Shown: one piece after another, positions 1 through 9,700 of the stretch
Position numbering within the stretch: position 1 is the first letter of the stretch
How the letters are laid out: the number at the start of each line of letters is the position of its first letter
Assembly: GCA_044225505.1 (NCBI GenBank)
Contig: JBGAIN010000076.1
Span: forward strand, 1 to 37,812
Direction of reading: 5' to 3'
DNA: 37,812 nt
Source of the DNA: Limisphaerales bacterium
Lineage (GTDB): Bacteria > Verrucomicrobiota > Verrucomicrobiia > Limisphaerales > SIBE01
Notes under the pieces: generated by a model
Told to the model about the DNA's origin: nothing
Database searches by the model: none
What the model saw: only the letters and a program-made list of their open reading frames with translations
Made by a program: the position numbers and the translations under genes

Positions 1-224
1 GGGAAGCTGCGTCAGGGCGCCTAGGAATTGAATCTGGGACGCGGCGGAGGCGAGAACCGCGCGCGCGTGGCCTCGGGATTCAATCGCGGACTTTAGGCAG
101 GCATGAGCTCGATGTGCCGCGGCACTGGCCATCTCCCGCTGGTTGGCATAAATGTTGACCCGTAGGCAATCAGTCAACAACGTTCGCGACGCGGTAGTAT
201 CGTGCGGCATAGTTTGGCGTCAGG

Positions 225-1010
225 TTAGCGGTAGGACTCCCATTCTGGTTCGTTTTCAAAGATCCAGCGATAGTAATCTGCCCCTTGGAGTTGTCCCGCG
301 GCAGCTTCATCGACAATCACCGTACAATGATCGTGAAGCTGGAGCGCAGTTGCCGAGATCATGGCTGTAATTGGCCCTTCCACCGCCTTGGCGATGATTT
401 CGGCTTTCTCTTCACCAGTCGCCAGCAAGACGCACCGCCGCCCTTCGAGAATCGTCCCAACCCCCATCGTGATCGCTCGCCTAGGCATCAGTGATGGATC
501 CGTAAACAAAGGAGCGTTTTGCGCCAGCGTCGCTGGAGCCAACGCTTTGACACGGGTTCGTGATCGAAGCGCGGACAAAGGTTCATTAAATCCCAGATGG
601 CCAGCGCGGCCAATGCCAAGCAATTGAAGATCGATGCCCCCGAAGCGTCGAATCAGCGCCTCGTAACGCGCACATTCCACGTTCAAATCCGCAACCGTGC
701 CGTCCGGTAGGTGCGTGTTGCGAAGTTCAATGTTCACCTGCATGAACAGGTGATGATTCATGTAATGTCGATAAGAGTGCCGGTCGCTTGCCGGTAGTCC
801 AACGTACTCGTCGAGGTTGAACGTGCTGCACAGGGAGAAGTCAAGGCGCTCCTCCCGGTACATGCGAACGAGCTTGGCGTAAACGGATTCCATGGTCCGA
901 CCGGTGGCCAAACCCAAGACCAGATGCGCATTAGCTCGCAACTCATGGCTGATAATATCGGCGACGAGCTTGGCCGCCGCATCCGCGGTCGGTCGGATAA
1001 TCACTTCCAC
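225..1010 (-). CDS. nagB: Glucosamine-6-phosphate deaminase
   Basis: 261 aa with motifs VLGLATGRT, FNLDEY, LLGIGRAGHLGFNEP and AITMGVGTI; GTG start. Confidence 0.93.
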   Translation of the reverse strand: MEVIIRPTADAAAKLVADIISHELRANAHLVLGLATGRTMESVYAKLVRMYREERLDFSLCSTFNLDEYVGLPASDRHSYRHYMNHHLFMQVNIELRNTHLPDGTVADLNVECARYEALIRRFGGIDLQLLGIGRAGHLGFNEPLSALRSRTRVKALAPATLAQNAPLFTDPSLMPRRAITMGVGTILEGRRCVLLATGEEKAEIIAKAVEGPITAMISATALQLHDHCTVIVDEAAAGQLQGADYYRWIFENEPEWESYR

Positions 1011-1030
1011 GGCGTAGGTTTTCCTTAAGT

Positions 1031-2104
1031 TTATGCCAGGCCGAACTCCTTCTTGTTTTGCTCGAAGGAGACGAGGACCGGCCGATCGCTGAGTTTTGCC
1101 TTTAGCAATGCTTGCTCATCAAGGCCTGTCGTTAGTGGCAAAGCGACTTGCCCGCCCTCCGCAGCGCTGCGCTGCATGGCCAACATGATCTCCGCTCCTA
1201 GACAAGCATGTTCGAGGTTGCATTGATGGGGACGCTTGCTGTCGTCGAGCCAGTCGGCCATTTCCTGGATGTAGGGCGGCATATCCAAATCGTAATTCAT
1301 CGCGCCGTCGCCGCCTTGCCACCCTCCATTCTTGCTGACTGCGCGCCAACCGCCATTGGTTAAGACCTCGGCAAACCCTTCAGTCCCTTGGGCTCCGATA
1401 CGGTTCTTTCCCCACCATTTGGCGACTTCCGGTTGATCGGGAGCGCCCGCCCCGCATTCATAAACGCCTCGAACACCGTTCGCAAATTGCACAAAACCAC
1501 CGATGTAGTCGGGCGACGGATGGTTGTCGGAGAACTTGCTTCGACCGGCCGCTTGAGCCATCACCCAGGTGGCTGGGCTGTAGTCATTGAACCAGCAGCT
1601 GTAATCAATCAAGTGCGAGAGCATGTGCGTCATCCAGCCCGTGGCGCTTCCGTAGACCGTATGGACGCGTCCCAACGTGCCGCTGCTGACGACTTCTTTG
1701 ACCTTGCGATAGTGAACCCCATAGCGGTGCTGATGACTCACCACAGCTTTTGCTCCAGCCTGTCGGATGAGGTTGCGGATTGAGAGCAGTTCTGCACTCG
1801 TAAGAGCCACAGGTTTCTCAAATGCAATCAGTTTTGCACCACTGTTCAACGCTGCTTCGATCATTGGTGTGCGCAAATTCGGAAGCGTACAAAAGCAGAA
1901 CACGTCGGGCTTGACAGACTTGGCAAGGGCAGCGGCATCAGTTCCTTTGGCGGGGTTTCCGAGTTTGGGAGCCGCCGCATCCAAGCGAGCCATGTCAATG
2001 TCGCAGATACCGGTGACCTGGAAGCGAGGGTTGGAATTGAACGCGGTGGCGTGATGCATTCCGCGTTTGCCCATTCCGACCACGAGAACGGAGTATTTGT
2101 TCAT
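1031..2104 (-). CDS. Gfo/Idh/MocA family NAD(P)-dependent oxidoreductase
   Basis: N-terminal Rossmann motif VVGMGKRG, EKP motif (AFEKPVA), HQHRY; 357 aa. Confidence 0.88.
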   Translation of the reverse strand: MNKYSVLVVGMGKRGMHHATAFNSNPRFQVTGICDIDMARLDAAAPKLGNPAKGTDAAALAKSVKPDVFCFCTLPNLRTPMIEAALNSGAKLIAFEKPVALTSAELLSIRNLIRQAGAKAVVSHQHRYGVHYRKVKEVVSSGTLGRVHTVYGSATGWMTHMLSHLIDYSCWFNDYSPATWVMAQAAGRSKFSDNHPSPDYIGGFVQFANGVRGVYECGAGAPDQPEVAKWWGKNRIGAQGTEGFAEVLTNGGWRAVSKNGGWQGGDGAMNYDLDMPPYIQEMADWLDDSKRPHQCNLEHACLGAEIMLAMQRSAAEGGQVALPLTTGLDEQALLKAKLSDRPVLVSFEQNKKEFGLA

Positions 2105-2121
2105 AAAAACGACAGGGTCTG

Positions 2122-2158
2122 AAAAAGGCGAACGGCAACAGATCGCTGCCGTTCGCCT
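2122..2158 (-). terminator. Intrinsic terminator-like hairpin between the DegT and Gfo/Idh/MocA genes
   Basis: Perfect 12-bp inverted repeat AGGCGAACGGCA (2126-2137) / TGCCGTTCGCCT (2147-2158), followed by a short U run on the minus strand. Confidence 0.6.
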
Positions 2159-2179
2159 GGACGGGGATTCGAAAACTGG

Positions 2180-3304
2180 TTAGCCTTGCGTTTTGTCCCA
2201 ATCTTTGACCTTCGCGATAACAAAGTCGACCTCTTCAGCTGTCAGTTCAGGAAACATCGGCAAGCTGACACAACTGGCCGCGTTGGCCTCGGCGTTCGCC
2301 ACAGATCCCACAATGCGAGCTCCCTTGCCCCACGGATACCCAGCTTGCTTGTGGATGGCGATGGAGTAGTGCGTCTTCGCGTCGACATTGTTTTTCACCA
2401 GGAAATCGACCATTGCGTCACGCTTTCCCGCTTGTTTTGTTTCGACGACGTAAAGATGGAAGACATGATGGTACCCTGGAAGTTCGACCGGTAAGGTAAT
2501 CGACTTGCAGTCCTTCAGTCCGGCCGTGTAACGAGCCGACCATTTCCGACGCAGATCGTTCCAAGCGTCAATATGTTTCAATTTCGCGCTGAGAACCCCA
2601 GCGTGCAAATCGTCCAAGCGGCTGTTAAAACCATAGCTGTGAACATTGCGCGCATTGGACCCATGGTTGCGCAGTTTGCGGACCGTGGCGTCGATCTCCG
2701 CATTATTCGTAACGAGGGCGCCGCCATCGCCGAAGGTACCGAGGTTCTTCTGAATGATAAAGCTAGTCGTGGCCGCATCGCTAAGGTGGCCTACCTTGAA
2801 CCCGGGGCCCGAAGCACCAATCGCCTGCGCGTTATCTTCAATGAGGCGAAGTTTGTGCTTATCGGCGATCTTCTTGATAGCGATCATATCAGCACACTGT
2901 CCATAAAGATGCACCGGAATGATGGCCTTGGTTTTTGGCGTAATGGCGGCTTCGATCTTTGCAGGATCGATGCACTTCGTTTTGGGATCGCAGTCAACGA
3001 ACACCGCGGTCGCTCCAGCAATCCAAATTGCCTCAGCCGTCGCGAAGAAAGTGTTTGGGTGAGTGATGACTTCGTCACCGGGGCCAATCCCAAGCGCCAT
3101 CAACGCCAGCCAAATGGCGTCGGTGCCATTGCCCAAACCGATGGCGTACTTCGTCCCGTGATAGGCCGCGAGTTCCCCTTCAAAGCGCTTGAGCATCGGT
3201 CCTTGAACGTAATTCCCGCTCAAGAGAACCTCCTGCATGTTAGCGTCAATTTCTTTTTGAATGTTGCGATATTGGCGAACGTGGCCGTAAAATTCGACTT
3301 TCAT
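2180..3304 (-). CDS. DegT/DnrJ/EryC1/StrS family PLP-dependent sugar aminotransferase
   Basis: Motifs NGTDA, PVHLYGQ, EDNAQA, SFIIQKNLG (catalytic Lys), GFNSRLD and SLPMFP. Start placed at ATG 3304 (MKVEFY) rather than 3394. Confidence 0.92.
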   Translation of the reverse strand: MKVEFYGHVRQYRNIQKEIDANMQEVLLSGNYVQGPMLKRFEGELAAYHGTKYAIGLGNGTDAIWLALMALGIGPGDEVITHPNTFFATAEAIWIAGATAVFVDCDPKTKCIDPAKIEAAITPKTKAIIPVHLYGQCADMIAIKKIADKHKLRLIEDNAQAIGASGPGFKVGHLSDAATTSFIIQKNLGTFGDGGALVTNNAEIDATVRKLRNHGSNARNVHSYGFNSRLDDLHAGVLSAKLKHIDAWNDLRRKWSARYTAGLKDCKSITLPVELPGYHHVFHLYVVETKQAGKRDAMVDFLVKNNVDAKTHYSIAIHKQAGYPWGKGARIVGSVANAEANAASCVSLPMFPELTAEEVDFVIAKVKDWDKTQG

Positions 3305-3402
3305 GATGCGGAAAACTATCCGGAGTTTCGAGCTGAACTCAAGAAGGTAATTTGGAATATCCGCTTGCCAAGTTTCACTGATCTCATTGAACAATGCATC
3401 GA

Positions 3403-4572
3403 ATGAATAGCGGAACAGTATCTGGCCGCCACTATGCCACCGGTCAGCCCATTGGTGTCACGTGGCAGGACGGGATTGTTTCCCGGGTCGAGCTCCTGCC
3501 CGCGGGCCAAGGCTCGGATTTATGGATTGCCCCAGCACTGGTTGACTTGCAAATCAATGGCTACGCGACTGTAGATTTCCAGCGTGACGATTTGACCGCG
3601 GTAGAATTGATGGCGGCAGTGCAAGGACTTCGAACGGCTGGCTGTGGGCGGTTCCTATTGACACTGATGACAGATGATTGGGGGGCGATGATGCGACGTC
3701 TCCGTCACCTGCGTGCCTTGCGCGGCACGTCGCGGGACCTGACAAAAGCAATTGCTGGCTGGCATTTGGAAGGCCCATTCTTGTCCGACAAGCCTGGGTT
3801 TTGCGGAGCTCACCCTGTCGAATGCATGACGAACGCGACGCGAGAGCATCTGGAAGAGTTGCGCTCAGTTACAGACTCCGATCCGGTGCTTTTGACGTTG
3901 GCACCTGAGCGCATGGGCGGAATAGAGGCGGTCGGGATGGCGACCTCCATGGGAATGCGGGTCAGCTTGGGCCACACGAATGCCGCCGCCGCGATTCTGA
4001 GGGCGGCCTGCAACGCTGGCGCGACCGGATTTACGCACTTAGGCAACGCATGTCCGCAGGACTTGGATCGTCATGACAATATTCTGTGGCGCGTGCTGGA
4101 CGATCTTTCGTTGACCATCAGTTTGATTCCAGACGGGATTCACGTCTCCGCCGCGCTGTTTCGCTTGATTCACCGGGTTCTGCCGCCATCGAAGATCTAC
4201 TATACGACCGATGCTGTCGCCGCCGCAGGCGCTCCGCCGGGGCGCTATAGTGTCGGACGACATCGCGTTGATGTTGGCCCGGACCGCGTTGTGCGACAAC
4301 CAGGCAAAACGAACTACGCTGGGTCGGGGCTGCGACCGATCGAGGGCATCTGGCGAGCGGCGGAGATGCTGGGCCGACCGTGGCAGTCCGTTTGGGATTT
4401 TGCCTCGGTGCATCCGGCCGGCTTCATGGGGTGGGGGAGCGGCGTGGGAGTCGAACAATCGGCGACTTTTTGTTTGGTCCGGTCGGACGAAGGAACCGCG
4501 CCCGAGCTGGTCGAGACCATTGTCGAAGGAAGCCCTTCGTCACGCCGGGCCGTGGACTTCCATGCCGACTAA
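3403..4572 (+). CDS. nagA: N-acetylglucosamine-6-phosphate deacetylase family amidohydrolase
   Basis: Motifs VDLQING, HLEGPF, TLAPE, SLGHT, THLGNA, DGIH and TDA. Start is 3403 or 3394. Confidence 0.85.
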   Translation: MNSGTVSGRHYATGQPIGVTWQDGIVSRVELLPAGQGSDLWIAPALVDLQINGYATVDFQRDDLTAVELMAAVQGLRTAGCGRFLLTLMTDDWGAMMRRLRHLRALRGTSRDLTKAIAGWHLEGPFLSDKPGFCGAHPVECMTNATREHLEELRSVTDSDPVLLTLAPERMGGIEAVGMATSMGMRVSLGHTNAAAAILRAACNAGATGFTHLGNACPQDLDRHDNILWRVLDDLSLTISLIPDGIHVSAALFRLIHRVLPPSKIYYTTDAVAAAGAPPGRYSVGRHRVDVGPDRVVRQPGKTNYAGSGLRPIEGIWRAAEMLGRPWQSVWDFASVHPAGFMGWGSGVGVEQSATFCLVRSDEGTAPELVETIVEGSPSSRRAVDFHAD

Positions 4573-6543
4573 GCAAACGTCGTCGGCAAACGAGGTGTTG
4601 CCGGACGTCGCCTTAATCTCAAGCAGCAGTTGGTCAAACAGTTCTCCTGCGGAAGCGCTGGTTCGTTGACGCACCTGAGTGAGAAGCCAGTCAGGATTGA
4701 TGCGGTCCTGGTTGGGGCCCTCGACGTCGTAGAGTCCGTCCGTGAAGAGCATCAACACGTCGCCGGGCGCGATGGCGCATTGCGACGTTGGATAACACGA
4801 GCCTTCGAAAAGGCCTAAGGCAGGGTGACACTTCCCAGTGGCATTGCTCAGAATCTCAACCCTGTCGGTTTGGCGATGGATAAGCAGGGGTTTGGGGTGC
4901 CCAGCATTGGCGTAGCAGATCTGTTGTCGCTCCAGGTCTACGAGCAGATAAAAGGCGGTCGTAAACATTGGTGTTCCAGATTGTCGAAGAATCGCCCGCA
5001 GGTCCTGATTGATTTGGCCCAGCAGTTGGCCAGGTTCGGTCGCCAATTCCGCGAGTTCCTCCACAAGCGCGCGCATGATGGCGGTGACTAAGGCGGAGCG
5101 GACCCCATGCCCCATGACATCACAGATGAACACACCCGCTTTAGTGTCAGAAAGTGCTCGGACATTGAAGAAATCTCCGCCCACAGCTCCGGTCGGGAGG
5201 TAGCGATGGCAAAAGCGAAGCATACTGTTCGAGGGGTCGGCTGATCGGGGGAAACAAGGGTATTGCTGCGGGATGATGGCTTGTTGAATCTCGCGCGCCA
5301 TGCGCAGGTCTTCCTCCATCTGCTCGTTCTTCGTCCGGAGTTCCTCCCGACTGCGTGCGAGTTCAACCGTCGTGCGGCGCAGCCCTTCCTCGGCGCGCCG
5401 GCGCTCGGTGATATCCCAGAAAATGCCTTGGAGACCGATGATCTGTCCGTTCGCGTCGTGCAAAGGAGTCTTGCTAACGTTGACGTAAAGCTTCTCACCG
5501 CCCGGCGGAATGTGCTCTTCGACCGTTTCGAAAACTTGACCGGACTCGAGAATGCGCCGGTCGTCTTGCTGGTATTTCGCGGCCAGCTCAGGCGGGAAGA
5601 AGTCAAAGTCGGTCTTGCCGATAATGTCGTCGAGGGCTCTCCCGAGAGTCTGGCAAAAGCGCTGATTGGCGAACGTAAACCGCTCGTGCAGATCTTTGCG
5701 AAAGATGTTCTGAGGTAGGTTCTCCACCAGGGAGTGGTAAAGCGCTTCAGAATTGCGGAGTTCTTCCTCACCGCGCTTGCGCTTAGTGATGTCCTCTACT
5801 GTCCCTTCGTAATAGAGCAGTTCGTGCTGCTCACCGCGAACCGCTCGCACATTTTCGGAAATCCAAATCACTGTTCCGTCGCGCCTTTGCACGCGGGATT
5901 CGAAATCGGTAACGACATCGTGCTGCTCCATGAGGCGGACGAATTCCTCGCGGCGCTTGGGGTCGATGTAGAGTTGATGGGCAATGTCGGTCAGCTCGGA
6001 CATCAGGGCTTCCGCGGAATCATAGCCGTAAATGCGCGCTAAGGCAGGGTTGGCGCCGATATACTGGCCAGTGGCGGTCGTTTGGAAAATGCCTTCGACA
6101 CTGTGCTCGAATATGCTGCGATATTTTTGTTCGGCTCGGACCAAGGCGACCTCAGCGCGCTTGCGTTCAATCGCATGGCGGATCGAGCGGACCAACAGAT
6201 GCCGTTTGATTTCACTTTTGACGAGGTAGTCTTGGGCGCCATCCTGCATCGCCCGCAAAGCCAGCGACTCATCATCCGAACCGCCAAAAACGATAATTGG
6301 AATCTTCGCGCGCAGCTTGCGGACGCGCTCGAGGCATTCTAACCCTTGACTGCCTTCGAGCGACAGATCGAGCAAGATCAAGGCGATCGGCTCGTGTTCC
6401 AGGTAGGTTCGACCGGAGGTCACCGTGTGCCTGATCTGGAGCTCGAACTCAAGTCCCTCGACATCGTGGAGGATCTCCTCGATCTGTGTGGCGAATTCAG
6501 CGGCGTCGGCCAGTAATAGAATTCTGATGTGCTCAGGTTGCAT
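4540..6543 (-). CDS. SpoIIE/RsbU-type PP2C phosphatase with REC and two PAS domains
   Basis: N-terminal receiver domain (LLDLSL, GAQDYLVK), two PAS/PAC domains ending in DITxR, a coiled coil, then PP2C motifs GGDFF, DVMGHG, NAGHP, FTDGL and DD. Confidence 0.92.
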   Translation of the reverse strand: MQPEHIRILLLADAAEFATQIEEILHDVEGLEFELQIRHTVTSGRTYLEHEPIALILLDLSLEGSQGLECLERVRKLRAKIPIIVFGGSDDESLALRAMQDGAQDYLVKSEIKRHLLVRSIRHAIERKRAEVALVRAEQKYRSIFEHSVEGIFQTTATGQYIGANPALARIYGYDSAEALMSELTDIAHQLYIDPKRREEFVRLMEQHDVVTDFESRVQRRDGTVIWISENVRAVRGEQHELLYYEGTVEDITKRKRGEEELRNSEALYHSLVENLPQNIFRKDLHERFTFANQRFCQTLGRALDDIIGKTDFDFFPPELAAKYQQDDRRILESGQVFETVEEHIPPGGEKLYVNVSKTPLHDANGQIIGLQGIFWDITERRRAEEGLRRTTVELARSREELRTKNEQMEEDLRMAREIQQAIIPQQYPCFPRSADPSNSMLRFCHRYLPTGAVGGDFFNVRALSDTKAGVFICDVMGHGVRSALVTAIMRALVEELAELATEPGQLLGQINQDLRAILRQSGTPMFTTAFYLLVDLERQQICYANAGHPKPLLIHRQTDRVEILSNATGKCHPALGLFEGSCYPTSQCAIAPGDVLMLFTDGLYDVEGPNQDRINPDWLLTQVRQRTSASAGELFDQLLLEIKATSGNTSFADDVCLVGMEVHGPA

Positions 6544-6810
6544 GGGTAATTTCAGGGGACCAGAGCTGCCGCCAGCTAAAGTCTGGACAGCGGGTAGGCG
6601 CGCTTTTCGCCCACCTGCACATCGGCATGGCGGTAGCTCCCCGCCGGAATTGGCACTGAGCTAGCTTCATGAACTAACAGTGAAAATAGACGGTTTACAT
6701 TTAGGATCAAACGTAAAAACGGCAGTTGCCGTACTCATCGTCCACCGCGATGGCGCTCGACCAACCTCCCGATTGATTTCCCCAGGTTCGGGCACGGTAA
6801 AATCGTTCAA

Positions 6811-7806
6811 TCAGTTGGGTCCTCCGTCGAGGGCCTGACGCTCGTATCCTTTCGGGAATCGAGTGTGCCAACGCCAGGCCGACTCCACGATTTGTTCCAA
6901 CTTAGCGAAGCGGGGCTTCCACCCAAGTTCGCGAATGGCTTTGTCAGCCGCGGCGACGAGCCGCGGTGGGTCGCCTGGGCGGCGTGGTTTTTCGACCGTC
7001 GCAATCGGTTTCCTCGAAACCTTTTCGCACGTTTGAATGACTTCACGCACCGAGTAACCCTCTCCATTCCCAAGATTGTAAAAGCCTTGAGCTCCTGGAG
7101 TCAGGGCCAGAATGTGCGCTTGGGCTAGGTCAATCACGTGTATATAATCACGAATGCAAGTCCCATCGGGCGTCGGGTAATCCGTGCCGAAGATCTCACA
7201 ATGTGATGACATCCCGAGCGGGACCTTGAGCACGTTCGGGATCAGATGGGTTTCAATGCGGTGATGTTCCCCAAATCGTTCACTCGCGCCCGCGGCGTTA
7301 AAATAGCGGAACGCGACGAATTCCAGCCGGTGAATCGATGCGTACCAGTTTAAGATTCGTTCAAACATCAGCTTGGACTCCCCGTAGGGGTTGATCGGCC
7401 GCTGGGGCAAGGTTTCGGTCATCGGGACTGTGTCTGGCATCCCGTAGGTGGCACAGGTCGAACTGAACACTAGCTTTTTCACTCCCGCGCCGAGCATTGC
7501 TTCGAGCAAATTAATTCCAGCCGCAACGTTATTGCGGAAATACTTGCCCGGATTCGTCATTGACTCGCCGACCAGAGCGTGCGCCGCAAAGTGGATGACA
7601 GCGTCTGGTTTGGAATCGCGCAGGGCTGCGCCAATGGCCTCCGGTTGATCGAGCGCTCCCCGAATGAAGTTCGCGCGTGGATCCACAGCCCCCCAGTGCC
7701 CTTCGATCAGACTATCAAAGACCGTGACGGAGTGGCCGGCGTTGGCCAGCTCTTCAACGCAGACAGATCCGATATAGCCTGCGCCGCCAGTGACAAATAC
7801 TTTCAT
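6811..7806 (-). CDS. galE: UDP-glucose 4-epimerase
   Basis: Motifs VTGGAGYIGS, FSSTCATYG, YGESK, RYFNAAGA and DGTCIRDYIHV. Start placed at ATG 7806 (MKVFV). Confidence 0.94.
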   Translation of the reverse strand: MKVFVTGGAGYIGSVCVEELANAGHSVTVFDSLIEGHWGAVDPRANFIRGALDQPEAIGAALRDSKPDAVIHFAAHALVGESMTNPGKYFRNNVAAGINLLEAMLGAGVKKLVFSSTCATYGMPDTVPMTETLPQRPINPYGESKLMFERILNWYASIHRLEFVAFRYFNAAGASERFGEHHRIETHLIPNVLKVPLGMSSHCEIFGTDYPTPDGTCIRDYIHVIDLAQAHILALTPGAQGFYNLGNGEGYSVREVIQTCEKVSRKPIATVEKPRRPGDPPRLVAAADKAIRELGWKPRFAKLEQIVESAWRWHTRFPKGYERQALDGGPN

Positions 7807-7991
7807 ATGCCCCGGGAGTGTGTACTGAGACGCGTTATCTGGCCAGTCTTGGTAACAGCAGATAGTGAAAGGCCTTGCCGTAGCCATTCTGACCTGACGT
7901 CCGGACCCATGGGAAGAGGGCGGTGCCGTGGCGGTCCATGCTGCGAAGCGAGTTGGGGCATCACCAGCCCTGCGGCCGAGAAGCGCCGCGA

Positions 7992-8020
7992 TTGAAATGC
8001 CAGGGTTTCTCAACTAAAAT
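7992..8020 (+). promoter_or_regulatory. Sigma70-type promoter for hisH, probably leaderless
   Basis: TTGAAA-17 nt-TAAAAT, ending 6 nt before the GTG start at 8027. Confidence 0.65.
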
Positions 8021-8026
8021 CGCCGG

Positions 8027-8644
8027 GTGATCGCTTTAATCGACTACGGTGCGGGTAATTTACACAGCGTCGAGAAGGCCCTTCGTTTTCTCGGAGCTGA
8101 TGTCCGGCGAGTGAAAACTCCGCAAGCCTTGTTCGATGCGCATGCAGCGGTGCTGCCTGGGGTCGGCGCTTTTGACGATTGCGTCGCCGCGATGCTTCAT
8201 CAAGAGTTGATTGAGGCTACTCTTTCATTCATCCGTTCCGGCAGAAGTTTCTTGGGAATCTGCGTCGGTTACCAAGCCTTGTTTGAGGGAAGTGATGAGT
8301 TCAACAGCTGCGCGGCCGGATTAGGGCTCTTCAAGGGGCGAGTCGTTCGATTTTCTGGCAGGGACGGTTTGAAAGTCCCACAGATCGGTTGGAACCAAAT
8401 CGCCGTCAGGCGGTCGGAATGTCCTTTATTCCGCAATGTTCCGACCGGGACCTATACCTATTTTGTGCACAGTTTCTTTCCCAAGCCAGCGGACCCGAGC
8501 ATCGTGGCGACCGAGACGGTGTACGGCGAAACCTTCGCCTCCGCGATCTGGAAGGATAACGTTTATGCGACCCAGTTTCATCCGGAGAAGAGCCAAAAGG
8601 CCGGATTGCAGCTGCTGCAAAACTTCATTGAGCTGAGCGCCTAA
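8027..8644 (+). CDS. hisH: Imidazole glycerol phosphate synthase, glutaminase subunit
   Basis: Motifs IDYGAGNL, LPGVGAF, GICVGYQ, VPQIGWN, YFVHSF and QFHPEKS. Confidence 0.96.
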   Translation: MIALIDYGAGNLHSVEKALRFLGADVRRVKTPQALFDAHAAVLPGVGAFDDCVAAMLHQELIEATLSFIRSGRSFLGICVGYQALFEGSDEFNSCAAGLGLFKGRVVRFSGRDGLKVPQIGWNQIAVRRSECPLFRNVPTGTYTYFVHSFFPKPADPSIVATETVYGETFASAIWKDNVYATQFHPEKSQKAGLQLLQNFIELSA

Positions 8645-8856
8645 AGCAGAAGTCTTTTCGATTTCGCATCGCTGTGTGGGTGCGAATCGCTTTCCGTGAA
8701 AAGGCCTATAGCGCTGCAGGCTTAAACGATGTAGATTCGGTCTCCCCCTTGCGAGGGATGCTGGCATTGTCTACTTTGGACTTTGCAAGGCAATCGACGA
8801 TTGCTTGACTGGGGTTAGGCTAAATTAAACAACGACCAATTCAACAACTGACATCT

Positions 8857-9486
8857 ATGGCTTACGAATTACCGCCCTTGCCGTATCCGAAAGAGGCGCT
8901 GGAACCGACGATCGACGCGATGACGATGGAGATCCATCACGACAAACATCATGCCGCCTACGTCACCAATGTGAACAAAGCGATTGCCGGCAAACCCGAT
9001 CTGGAAAAGAAGTCGCCCGAAGAGTTGATCAAAGCCTTGGATGCGGTGCCGGCAGATATTCGGGGCCCCGTCCGCAATAACGGCGGCGGGCATGTCAATC
9101 ACACCCTGTTTTGGAAGATTCTAGGTCCAAATGCCGGCGGCGCTCCCAGTGGGCGGCTGGCGACTGATCTTCAAGCGGCTTTCGGCGGTCTTGATTCGTT
9201 CAAGGAGAAGTTCGAGGCGGCTGGCCTGGCGCGCTTTGGGAGTGGTTGGGTATGGCTGGTCGTCAACGGCGGCAAGCTCGAAATCGTCAGCACCGCGAAC
9301 CAAGACAATCCGATCATGGGCAAAGCCGTCGCAGGCTGCGAAGGCACTCCAGTGCTTGGCTGTGACGTTTGGGAGCATGCGTATTATTTGAAATACCAGA
9401 ACCGCCGCGCCGATTACCTGAAAGGGTGGTGGAACGTCGTTAACTGGGCGGCAGTCAGCAAGATTTACGAGGGCATAGCCAAGTAG
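8857..9486 (+). CDS. sodA: Superoxide dismutase, Mn-type signature
   Basis: Motifs [25 protein letters not shown] and DVWEHAYY. Confidence 0.95.
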   Translation: MAYELPPLPYPKEALEPTIDAMTMEIHHDKHHAAYVTNVNKAIAGKPDLEKKSPEELIKALDAVPADIRGPVRNNGGGHVNHTLFWKILGPNAGGAPSGRLATDLQAAFGGLDSFKEKFEAAGLARFGSGWVWLVVNGGKLEIVSTANQDNPIMGKAVAGCEGTPVLGCDVWEHAYYLKYQNRRADYLKGWWNVVNWAAVSKIYEGIAK

Positions 9487-9665
9487 TTCTCGCTTTTCCC
9501 TCGAACGTTACGACTTTGGCAACGGTAGTCGCGCGCTTTCAGGTCCCGTGGCGTGGGCGTGCGGTCTTTGCGAAGGTTTGCTAAAGGTTCGGTCCTGCGG
9601 GGCCGAACCTTTCTTGCTTCGGAATATCCCTCCTCCGGATTCAAGTTTGGAAATCACCTCTCCTC

Positions 9666-9694
9666 TATACACGCCGCTCAGGATTTGGTAACCT
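9666..9694 (+). promoter_or_regulatory. Putative promoter for frr, probably leaderless
   Basis: TATACA-17 nt-TAACCT with a TG extension, ending 6 nt before ATG 9701. Confidence 0.5.
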
Positions 9695-9700
9695 CACGCC

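Noticed and set aside
144..160. Sigma-54-like TTGGCATAAATGTTGAC
   Set aside because: The -12 element is GA rather than GC and it points antisense into nagB.
4540..4572. 33-nt convergent overlap of nagA and the phosphatase gene
   Set aside because: Short tail-to-tail overlaps are common and imply no functional link.
6651..6666. Sigma-54-like TGGCACTGAGCTAGCT on the + strand
   Set aside because: Spacing is correct, but it points into the 3' end of galE with no + strand gene downstream; probably chance.
7807..8013. N-terminal extension of galE in the ORF track, likewise DegT 3305-3394 and the response regulator 16009-16101
   Set aside because: Family homology begins at downstream ATGs, and the extensions run over intergenic or promoter sequence.
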